NCBI GenBank assembly: GCA_051362555.1
Contig: JBPQGU010000016.1
Location: 6,324,001 to 6,388,000 of the forward strand
Source of the DNA: Lingula anatina
Taxonomy: Eukaryota > Animalia > Brachiopoda
Length of the DNA: 64,000 nt
Direction of reading: 5' to 3'
Position numbers and translations under genes: made by a program. Shown here piece after piece: positions 13,479-25,262 of this stretch (positions within the stretch are counted from its first letter, which is position 1; each line of letters opens with the position of its first letter). Under the pieces are notes generated by a model that worked only from the letters and a program-made list of their open reading frames with translations, ran no database searches and had not been told where the DNA came from.

Positions 13479-16204
13479 TGCGGGGGGGGGGGGGGGGGGG
13501 GGGAGTACCAGGGGAATACCAGCTAAATTGTTACCTTCACTTTCTGTGGCAGAATTCTCTCCTCCAAAGTGGGTTTCTGTTTCTCCACTTTTGAAGCTGA
13601 CACTGGATTTTTCTGCATCTTCTCCTAAAAGTGGGGCGGATTCTTCTCCTGCGTGCCCTTTTAAGTTACCAGGAAAATGTCCACGTCTATGTTGAAATTC
13701 ATGAACCTGAATGTAGTATATATTAACAATATAGTAACTATGATGATTTTGATATGCATCTTTTTCGATTTCTGATGGAAACACCACTTGGAAAAGAATA
13801 TAAGTGGTATAAAAAAAAAAATGAAATGCACAACCTACCTTTGCAATTGCCCAGCTACTAACTCTGGGGTTGAAGTACATAAATGTCACATATAGAATGT
13901 ACATTGTAAACATTATCAGTGCTTCATACCTGAAATGTGAAATTAAATAAATATATACTTCTACAAATATGTTATAACGGGGGTGATAATGCACCTCACC
14001 ATCAGCAAGAGATTCAATTTGGATGACCATCTTGACAGTATTATATAAAATTGTAATGGAATTGATCAAATTATTGGTCATTTTTTTAAAATTTAAAACC
14101 TGTGAAGCATTTTGGTCTGTAGCTCTTTGACATATTAGAAAAAGGTCACTGTGGTTTCATATCAACAAGATAGTCTCATGGGAACATTTCACTGCATTAG
14201 TGGTGAAAGCCTGATGGCCTCAAATTGTCCTTGGTTGTGGCAAATGCATGTTAGCATTAACTGCCTCGTTTTTAAATGAAATGGGACAAGTAGAATATGA
14301 CTTATGTAAAGTTTTTCAAACGCAACAAATGTGGTGAAAATTGTGACTTATTTTTCAATTAACCATTTCAATTTAAAAATGAATATCGTTAGCCATTTGA
14401 CATAATATTTAGAATCAAGCTGACCTATCATCAGATTGTTTCAGAACAAAATCATGTATAATATCATCTTTTTGTTTTCAATAATGATCATTTATTTATT
14501 TTTTTTAAATTAATTTATTTCTTGCACTCACCAGTGAACTTCCCCATCTTGTATCACTACTGTTAACACTATAACAGACAATGCATAATAGGAACAATCT
14601 CTAAACAGAGGCCACCAAGTGAGCGGAATCACCTTAGGAAAGAATAAATAGAAAATTGGATCAGCTGAAAAAAGAAAATAATTTTATAAAACAAAAGAAA
14701 TTTACTCCAAAAACTGGTCTAAACATTCACACTAAAATTTTGGTCTTCTTCAGTTCATGGTTAATACAGAATTATATCCCTCTTCCATATGAAAACTGGC
14801 CTGGACCATGAGATAAATATTTCTTGTGATAAACATACACAATATTTTATTTAACCGGAGTACTTCTGATTTTAACTTTAAAAGAAGACTTAGACCCCAT
14901 TCCCAAACCTAGATCAATCTAGCAGGATCAACACATCTCAGAAGGGATTCTCATAAAATTGCATTCAGATTAAGTGGCTTAGATGCCTGGCATGAAGCTG
15001 TTAAACAATAGTTAATTTACCTCCTAACAACTTCAGTAGGCGTGCCAGACATCAGAGCTGCTTAAGCTGAATGTGATTTAGTGAACAGTGTTTGCATATA
15101 ACAGGTTGTCTTTGCATTTAAGGGGCAAAAATGACCAGTTCCAATAAATGTGTTATATGTGCGATCTACATGTACTGTATATCGGTATAAAAAAAGTTAA
15201 TACCATGCCAGCAAAAAGGGAACACATAGCAACAATGATGAGTATGTTGAAGACTGCACTTCCCACAATGGTTCCAAGACCGACGTCACTCTGTGCAATA
15301 AATACACCTATAGAAACAAACCAATAACATGCAGGAAGTCAGGGGGCAGCACTGCAGTGAAAAGAGAACCCAAGGCCCCATTCCCATAAATACATGTACA
15401 ATCGATCTTGTGGATTGACCCAACTCTGCAGAAAATATCACTAACTGCAATGAGCTTAACTGAAAGACATCCCTCCTCCAGACATTAAGTAATTACAGAA
15501 AAGTAGGTAAATAAATTATATGTGTATGTTGAAAACAAGAGGAGGCATGTCATTCAGTTAAGCTGATTGCACTTAGCAAGAGTCCTCCCAGAGTTGGGCA
15601 TTCCACCTTGACTGGTAGTGTTTATGGGAATGGGGTCAAATGGGATTCACATTAAATAGCCTGAAATGTGATAAATGATAGTCTTTAAAAAAATTGATTT
15701 CTGATCACAACAAGACTTTCTGTCTGAAGTTATAAGATTTGAGCCACATAGTCAAGGATGAAGTCCGCAGTGGCAAGATAATCTAAAATGACATTAAAAA
15801 TCTCACAAATTTGAAATTTTGATCAGACTTACGGATTGGAAAAAATTCAATTTTTTATTACCTGATTCCTAATCTACTGGTCAATTGCCACAGACCATGG
15901 GTTAATCATTAAAATATCACACTAATTTTGCAAGTAATAACTTTGTGCAAGGAATGTTAGCAAATTAGATGGTTAATCAATGCTATAGCATGCAGTATAA
16001 GTAGTAATTAAGGCAAAGGGAGCAAATAAAATTGATTTCAATTGCATTTTTCGATCCTTTTAATATATGCCCAGTCCCAGCTCTAGCTCTTTCAAAATTC
16101 ATTCCAAAATGATTTACTGGTAATACTTTTATACTATCTATTGTCAAAAACAACTTTGTTTTGGGGCTAGAAGAGTGGCTCTTTTGCCTTTACCACTGAT
16201 TAGT

Positions 16205-16241
<37 letters not shown>

Positions 16242-17377
16242 AAAAAATGAAATAACACCTGCGCAAAAGCATGAACACATAAAAACAAATATTTCTACAA
16301 TTTAAGCACCTTCCAATCAGTTAGCACTGAGCAAATGCCTACGATCACCAGAATGTTGAACACGGCAGAGCCTACCACTGTTCCTAGACCAACATCACTC
16401 TTTGATACCATTACACCTGCAATAATCATACTAAAAAGCTGCATCCACATCACGGCAAGCTATAACTACAATTAATTAATTAATTAATTAATTAAAAAGT
16501 AACTATGAAACTGTGATCACAAATGGAGAAGCTTTGACTCAAAAATCTATTCATAAATTAAGCCACATTCACAGCTTTGACTTGAAAAAATAACTATAAA
16601 GGAGTGTACACAACAACAAAGGTTGAGACTAATATGGTTGGGTAAGCATCTAACAAAGCGCAGGTTCTAATGTTTAATTGCAAAAATTAAAACAGATTAT
16701 GGATTTGATTTGTACAGATGGAAAATATATAAAGCAAGTATAACATAGCCAAAAAAATCAACGAAGACAGATTTTAGCACTGGAAGAATTAAAATTTATA
16801 GATATTCACACAAAGCCAATGCATGTTTAGATGTATTTGTTATGTCAAAATAGTTTAAATTTATGAGTTGTATGAGAAGGCAGAATACTGCAGTGGCAAA
16901 ATACTGTAAACTACTGAGATAACAAGAAAAAATTCAATCTTGCACTAGATTTTACGTTGAAACCAAGATCCAGTTTTAGATTTAATGTTCTCATTATCTC
17001 AGTATAATATAACTGGATGAATCAAAATATTCACTTCAAAATGTAACACTGTTTATATGTCATCACCATGGGAAGAGCAAGTGCTATAATATTAAAAATT
17101 TCTCAGCATCAGATTTGGTGAAAAAATCATTTAGCTTAAAAACTAAAATAACACCATCAGAAGTGTCTCAGGTTACCTATTATTGATGTGGCTAGTTCAG
17201 GAGCAGAACTTCCAGCGGCCATAAAGGTTGCCCCAGCGACATCTGGTGACAGACCTAGCCCTAGAAATATATAGTTTAGTATCTTTTAAATTAGTTAATA
17301 ATATACAACTACTTGAAATGTTTAGTATCTTAAGACATTTTTCCTTATTTCTTCAGTTACTATGACTGTATAATTAA

Positions 17378-17424
<47 letters not shown>

Positions 17425-20134
17425 AACTTAAAAAATACTATTCATATATATTTAGGAATCAAATTAAAGGGAATAAAAAATCAGTTTGATCATAATTAGA
17501 AACATAAAAAAATAAGAGCAGACTAAACAATAAAAAAACGTAAATATAAAAATATACTTACTTGTACAGATATGTTCTAAAGAAGGCACAAAATAATCAT
17601 CACAGACAATAGCTAATGCACTGAACATGTACAAAGCTCCTAGACAGTGAAGAAAAATGAGGCCATAGCGCTGTTTTTGCTCCAGGGTGAAGAGATCAGG
17701 GGGAAATTCCTCCACTGAACGCTTTGTGCAATTCTGTGGCTCCTCTGAATGAATTAAAAAAAATATATATAAAATTTGCAAAGTGATACATTTGATAATT
17801 TAATTCCCAGTGTATCCCACCTTATCTAACAGCCTTTTGGGCCTTTTTCTTTTCTTGTTATTTATATTTATACTTGTTTATCTCTCTGTATTATTATGAT
17901 ATTATTATTATTTTTTTGAAATTTTTATACACTCAGTCAAATCATTAATATTTTAAACATTGCAAAATAATCGTAGATGGCACACTGGCAAAGACAAGAT
18001 ATGTATGTAATCTTCCTGATCAGAGAAGGGCAGACAATAATGGCATTTTTGATCACAAACCAAAAAGAAAGTTTAGATATGGATGCCAAAATAAGATCTA
18101 TAATGATTGGAATCTCTGGGAATAAATATCTTTGCAGAGATTCCTTGAGTACATAAGTACACATATGAAATGAGATTTGTTGAGTCAGTTTGACTTATGC
18201 CCCTATTTCACACAGACCACGAATCCCACGAATGGCCAGGAATTGACAAATTTCATGAACTGATTACGATTCAACCACGAATCCTGAAATTTGAGGTATT
18301 CAGAACATGTTCATCGGTGGGCTAACAAATCTGCTGACTAAATATGGCCACCTTACTTAAAAGCAGCAGCATCTAATTCCGTGACGGCCTTCCTGCTAAT
18401 TCATTGCTGTAGGGGCCTTGCAATTAAACATCAGAGCTGATATCTAATCTGTTTAATGGCAGGGAGATCATCAGAGGATTAAGCAGCGCTGCTTTTGAGC
18501 ATGGTCGACCAAATTTAGTCAGTGGATCAGTTAGGCCGCATTCACATCGAGTTGAGCCATGGCTCTACAAAGCCACGACCTAAATATGGCGGACGTACAG
18601 GAAAGGAAAAACGCCTAATCTTTTAATAGTCTCTTACAGAAAGTGTGTTACATGCTGATAAATCTATGCATAAAGTGCTCCATACAGTGTAAATATACAT
18701 GTACATGTTAAAGCCACTGACTTTGATATTTATATCTTAGTCATCCCATTTCTTATTTATTTAGTGAAAGGAAGAGGTCGGTGTATTGGGTATATAATGT
18801 CCAATACCCTTGACCCATCATCTCCGTCTTTATCAACTCTAGAAGTTCAGTATGACAATTAAGTTAATTGCTGATACTTGTATATGGCAGGGTTCATACG
18901 ACAACATCAATAACACTTTCAAGGACTTTCAATGACTTTGAAGCTCTCATTCAAGTACTTTTCAAGGACTTTGAACGCAAATTACTGTCATTTATAAGTG
19001 TTCGTACCAAAGAAAGAAAGACATTATTTCAAATATTAAATTTGTATTTTAACATATTCATGATGAAACCTGAAAACAATAAATTTTAAAGTAATTGTAA
19101 GTGATTTCTAAAAAAAAGTATTCCCTTTCTGCAAGTTATTGTTAATATTCAGGTTAAAAACTACAAGATTTAAAATAATATTTTGACAAATTGCCAAGTG
19201 ATCAAATCAGAGTACATTTTAAGGACATAATTGCGATTAGCACGAAAATTCATGCGTTAGCACTCCTATTGACGATTCTGATACTTACTGGCTGTGCACA
19301 GGCAGTACATATCAAAATCGTCAATAGGAGTGCTAAATTGCGAAATACAAGCCCTTTTCAAGTCTTAATTATAGCAATTAATTTTAAGCACTTTTTAAGG
19401 CCACAAGCTGAATTCAAGGGGCAGGGATATATTGATTGCAGTAATATTATGAACCCTGTCTACAGAGTACATGTGAATCAACAACTGCCTTGCATGGGCA
19501 CAGGGATGTGAGAGGTAGAGGTCATTTCTTTTGATTCTTTGAAATAAAACTTATATAATATTGTAAGTAATAGCTTAAATAAAATAATCAATAAATAATA
19601 CAGGTGTTATATAACAAAATTAATCTGATTCACCCCTTTCCCAAAGATGAAATGACACACACTCTGCACTTATAGCGTATCCGTACATAACATGCTTAAT
19701 GATATGAATTTTATAAAAGTTAAGATATACATGTATTATAAAAAGAAGGAGAAGAAGAAACACTGAACTGTGCTTCTAATTAATGCTCTGAAAACATGTC
19801 TGACTCATTTCATAAAACGCTTGCAACAAACATACCAGTACACACGCGATCAACAAAACACCTGTCTCTAAGCTCTCATGTGACTACCGGTATGTATATA
19901 TAATACAAAACGTCTACCTGTCGCTGACAGTTCAATAGCTCTCTTAACGCGACTTCCTTCATTGTGCTGCGTCCTCCCATCGACCGCCGAAACCTCAACA
20001 CTCCGTCCAGCTGGCTTTAGTATCTGTACCACGATCGTAGCACAAAGCATCAGTCCTGCTAGCACGAGGAATATAACTTCTCGACGTTTCCTTCGTTGTC
20101 GCCAAACATTTCTTGTACGAGCTTCTTTCCCCAT
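11076..20134 (-). CDS. K+-dependent Na+/Ca2+ exchanger (SLC24/NCKX family)
   Basis: Exons (-): 20134-19918, 17744-17562, 17260-17177, [16416-16310 or 15307-15204], 14632-14532, 13929-13839, 13706-13535, 12853-12635, 11736-11635, 11404-11076. Alpha-1 [29 protein letters not shown]; alpha-2 [28 protein letters not shown], including the Asp associated with K+ dependence; EFPPDLFT and [11 protein letters not shown] motifs. Confidence 0.95.
15204..15307 (-). CDS. NCKX alternative exon 4b (alpha-1 re-entry/TM3)
   Basis: AG..GT bounded, 104 nt, phase 1 to 0; encodes (G)[34 protein letters not shown]. Confidence 0.9.
16310..16416 (-). CDS. NCKX alternative exon 4a (alpha-1 re-entry/TM3)
   Basis: AG..GT bounded, 107 nt, phase 1 to 0; encodes (G)[35 protein letters not shown]. 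Confidence 0.85.
18319..18537. mobile_element. Palindromic MITE nested in an older MITE-like relic (from ~18200)
   Basis: Inverted arms GGGCTAACAAATCTGCTGACTAAAT.. / ..ATTTAGTCAGTGGATCAGTTAGGCC. Confidence 0.55.
18888..19458. mobile_element. hAT-like MITE with an internal palindromic insertion (~19255-19340)
   Basis: Termini CAGGGTTCATA..TATGAACCCTG; internal hairpin TTAGCACTCCTATTGACGATT / AATCGTCAATAGGAGTGCTAA. TSD not recognisable. Confidence 0.6.
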
Positions 20135-20485
20135 GGTCCCGTCCGTCCCAGTTAGGTCATATTGCTGTCATGTGGTATGAGAGCCGATAATATCAACGCA
20201 AAACTAGGTCAAGACGAGATTGCCGTGCTGTCACGTTACGCGTGCATGGACGTGTTTGCTGTTTACTCCCCCTCCCCCCTCTCTTTACTCTGCGTTTCGG
20301 CAAGTCTGTTATAACTCCTTGGTTTCGGTAAAACTTTAATTTTTCCCTTGATTTCAAAACGATGCTATATCCTAAAATATTGAAGGTCAGTTTAAGTAGG
20401 TGCATTATAGGCCTAACTAGTTAGATACCCGGTATTTATTGATTTATTTAGTATTTTTAAGGGCGAAAGAAAAATATTAAAAAAT

Positions 20486-20803
20486 CAGGGGCGAATCCAG
20501 GATTATTTAAGGGGGGGGGGGGGGGTCCGCAGATGCGAAGCCGACCCCCCACCCCCACCCCCACCCACCCACCCACCCACGTGCACACACCCCTTGGCGT
20601 GAAGTTCGGGCCCCGCTGAATGGCCCCGAAAAAATTGGTATTTTAGAGGGTGAACGATGTCATTTGGTACGGTTTAGAACTATGATTCATGTACAAAATT
20701 CTAATTTCAAGAGGGCACCATTGGTGTGATTTTTTTCAGAAATCGAAAGGGGTGGGGGGTGGGGGTCAGGACCCCACCTGACACCCCCCTAAATCCGCCA
20801 CTG
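20486..20803. mobile_element. GC-rich hAT-like MITE
   Basis: CAGGGGCGAATCCAGG..CCTAAATCCGCCACTG termini; homologous to 58458-58679. Confidence 0.7.
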
Positions 20804-21688
20804 AAAAGGAGAAACGCATTGTATAAAACGGATTTTTAACATTAAAAAGAATGAAGAGTGGCGAAATTTGAGTTTGGGCATTTTCAAAGTTTTAATTCAT
20901 TTTATCTTTATTTTATATATAAGTGTACGCCCCAACTTTAAAACAATCATAAAAGGGTAAAACAAAAAAATAAATTGTACTGCATGTACTAGTATTTACT
21001 AAATTGTGTTTTAATCACGAAATAACTATTTTGCTTCCCCTTAAAAAAAAACAGTTTTGAATGAAGTTTATTCATGAGCATATTTGGATAGAAGAAATAC
21101 AAACTCGATACGTAGTTTCTCGGCGCAAATAAAATTCTACCGGGGTTTGTGTGCTTCTCGTTTTTAAGGGGTATACAATATGTAGATACCAAGTACACTA
21201 GTACATTGAAAACTAAACTTGTCAAAATACCTTTTATGTGAAATTTCTTTTATGTGAAAAAACTAACCTTAATATTATTTCAATAAAAATATACTGTCGC
21301 GTTCTTTTCTTTTTCTCCGAACGCGATGGGTCGATTTCAAACAAACGTACGACGCCTCCAGTTAAAATAAAACTGTAAGGTTTATTGATCAAACTTCTAT
21401 TTGAAAGTCCCAACACTGTTACTACTCTGCAGTGCTGACTTAACAAACTCTCTACTGCTTCTACACACTGACTCAACTGTATACATTATCTTATTTCCTC
21501 ACGCTCTACTCTTCTCTATCTCCTTAATCTATCTTCTGTTACTAGGAAATACCGTATGTATTTATAGCGGTAACGGGAGCCCTAAAAGGACGAGCACGGC
21601 GGCGGAAAAGCTCCCGTTTGTAGCGTTAATTGAAATTGAAAGGAAAGCACGCTCGTCTGGGGACACTTGAATGCAAAAAGCTCCCTTA

Positions 21689-21903
21689 CACCTCATTTCC
21701 ATAGATAAGATCGACCTACTTTAGATCGACCTAACTCCCTGGGGGTTCACGCTAAATAGCTGTCAACCGGGCGGACACGAAAGTTAATTATCCCCTTAGA
21801 GCTTTTAGTAGGCGGGACAGACGCTTAAGTCGGATTATCTGAAAGTAATCTAGTGAGACTCCCCGCGGGGATAGATCGATCTAAAATCTATGGGAATAGA
21901 GCC
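21689..21903. mobile_element. PIF/Harbinger-type MITE (same family as 740-954)
   Basis: 215 bp, TTA on both sides, near-identical to 740-954. Confidence 0.85.
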
Positions 21904-23246
21904 TTATAGTTAGGCCTAATTGGAAGTGGCAAATGGGCGGGCAGTTTAATGCAAGATGACGTTAAATAAATAAATTAAACTGACAGGCGCAAAACACAAC
22001 AATACACTTTTAGAGCACAAACTCCTTTTCTGTTGTTTTATTTACAATCTAACTTGCTTATGCGCAAATCGTCAATTTTGTTGCTTTGTAAATTGGGTGT
22101 CACACACACACACGAACGCACACAAACCTAAGAATTTAAAAGGGTTATTTAAAGTGTAAGGTTTAGATACGTATTTCAGTAAACATACATGTATGATATT
22201 AATTGGCAATATACCCTACTACGTTTTGCTATGAACAAAAGGCAGAGAAAATATTTTTTCTATGATGCCGGCAGTTTAATTTTTCCACGTGATTTTGTTA
22301 AAGTTGTCCTAAATATGATGTACTAGTATTCAATAAGTTCAGTACCTGTTTACCAGTAGTGTTATCACACTAGAACATCAATTTATCATTAATAAAACCC
22401 TTGATCTTAATCAATTAAAATTTGTCCGTATATATGTTGTCTTCTTGAGAAGATAATATTCTATCCTTTTTCAAACGAGGCAAAAATTAAAAAAGTCATA
22501 TGTATTTAAAGGTAACAGGATCAATTACAAGTGTTTAACACATGAAAAGTCATGTTTACGTTGTCGTCAGTGGCATGGCGGCTTGTTAATCTTGTAGATT
22601 TTGATCATCACTCCATTCCTGATCAATAATCTTTTTGATACAGTGTTTTTTAATCTCTTCACTTATTAATTAATTTATTTATTGGTCTATTTTTTTAATT
22701 AATTAATTAATTATTTATTTATTTATCCGTGAGTAGTCAGCAGGCAGATCTTATCTGTGCTTACTTCATCACGTTACTGTCATGTGACAGTATCCTGAAA
22801 TTTTAACTAGGTCAAGGCAGCTCCGCACTCCTACAGTCACAGGCTAATAAAACATATTCTTCTTACTTCCTTTATTATATTAAAGGAAAGTTTTTCTTGA
22901 TATGCCCCCATTTTAATTTTAAAGTGTACATCAGTTTTATGGTCATGCTTTTAATTGTTTAATCAAAGGAAAAAAGAAACACTATCTGTTTAAAGTGCGG
23001 GCCGTTAAATCGTCGGCTTTATCTCTGTTGAATAGAATACACGCTACTTCATCTGGAACAATATTAACTCCAGCAGACACAGTTTGTTTGCTTGACCTCT
23101 ATATCTCACAGAGTCTGTCAGTGACGAACTGTGCCTCGCTGGTTAATCCCGGGCAAATGCACCGTAATTTGTAAAACATCCACGCTTTCCGAGACCTGTC
23201 TGTATTAATACCAGCGACATACTGTAAGTGCACTGAAACTTTGAGG

Positions 23247-25214
23247 ATGCAGAGAGTCAACTTGCCAGGGAGTGATTTGAATGTGTCCCCTATCTGCCTG
23301 GGCACCTGGCAGTTCAATGGCGGCCAGGTTGGCGGGGACAAAACTTGGGGAGCGATGTCCGTGGAGGTAAAGTGCGGCGTGTCTTAATGGTTAAAACAAT
23401 GCAGTTAAAATAATTTTGATTTTTAAAGTCAGGCCCGTAGCCAGCAGTTTCAAAAGGGGGGTTCTTTTTCTGAAAAAGTGGACCTTTTCCCATAAAAACT
23501 TCATGTTCCTAGATCAAATTTTACCCAGAGTGGACCTTTTCCCAGCAAAAGGGGTGGTTCTTTCGAACCCCCCGAACCCCCCCCTGGCTATGGGCCTGAA
23601 AGTTGAGGTTTAATGTGAAATGTGCGCAGCCAAATGTGCGTACCCCGGCCGATCTAGTTAGATCGATCTAAATCTCTGGGAATGCACTCTAAAATCATCA
23701 TAAACTAGTAGGATCGAACTATCTCTGCAGTAATTCTCCCTACAATGCAGTCAGTGTGATCAGCCTATTTGTCTCATGTACACACCCCCTTGAGAGACTA
23801 GGGGCAATTACAGTGTATTATTAGTGCACAAATGCAGAGCAACCACCTCTCCCCAGGGCAGTAGCAATAGTCTGAAGGTTCAGTAATCGAAAGGTTCATT
23901 GGTCCTAATGTTCACTATAGAACTTTCGGACCGGGGCCGTAGCAATAGTCCGAAGGTTCAATAGTCCAAAGGTTCATTGGTCCGAATGTTCACTACAGAA
24001 CCTTCGGACAAATGAACCCTTGATTAAAAAATCGATGAAAATGTTACCGTTTTTCGGACCAATGGACCTTCGGACCAATGAACCTTCAGACTATTGAGAC
24101 GCCCCCTTCGGACCAATGAACCGTTGATTAAAAAACCGATGAAAATGTTACCATTTTCAGACCAGTTAACCCTCGGACTATCAAGATGCCTCCTCCCCTA
24201 CTCTAAAGAATTAATTTTCCCCAAGCTTCTCAAGGGGGGCATGCCAGCCAATAAAGCTGATTACACTGAGTGGATTTAAGCAAGAATCCCCACAGAGGTA
24301 GATCAGTCCTGCTTGTATGATAACTTTTATTAAAAATGTAGACAAGTGTGGGAAGGCCAAGTATTACACCCCATTTCCATAGATTAGATCAACCTACTTT
24401 AGATCGACCTAACTCCCTGGGGGTTCACGCTAAATAGCTGTCAGCCGGGCGGAGACGAAAGTTAATTACACCCTTACAGCTTGTAGTAGGCGGGACGGAC
24501 ATTTAAGTCGGATTATCTGAAAGTAATCTAGTGAGACTCCCCGCGGGGATAGATCGATCTAAAATCTATGGGAATAGAGCCTTAGATGCGGGGTGGGGGT
24601 GGGATGCATGTATTAGCCATTTTGTCTCACTTTGCATGGGACTAGAAAACAATAGATGTAAATGATTTGGATAATATTTCCACTGTAATATAATCGTCAG
24701 TGATTGTAGAAAATTCTTGATACTGCCTTGATTTGCTTTTTTAATCATTTCTTGGGGAGGAGGGGAAGGGGATGAGGGGGAGAGGGTACCTCAGAGGCTA
24801 GGACAGGTGTCCTCTTCTCATAATCTGTCAAATTTTAATTGATCTACCATTGAACACACATACATTTTATTGTTTACAAATTTATACATATGATACATGT
24901 TTTAATTAAACAAATTGTGTAAATATAAATTTTAATATTTTACAGGAATCTAAGAAAATATGGGACAAAGCACTGGAGACTGGCATAAACTTTATAGACA
25001 CTGCTGAGGTGAGAGTGATAATGGTCAGACTGTCAGTTTGGGTAAATCCATATAGAAAAATTTATGATTTTGTTTCTTTTTATAAATTATTAAATCACTA
25101 GCTGTTTTTTGGTCGGTATTATCATCTTGATTAAAAAGAATTGAGCACCAGTACTTACATCAGCAGCTTTTGGCTCCCTCCCCAGTCCCTGCATGTGCAC
25201 ACACACATGCAGTG

Positions 25215-25262
<48 letters not shown>

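Noticed and set aside
20408-21918. TAGGCCTAACTA / TAGTTAGGCCTA as TIRs of a 1.5-kb element
   Set aside because: Only 12 bp built on a short palindrome, with no supporting TSD.
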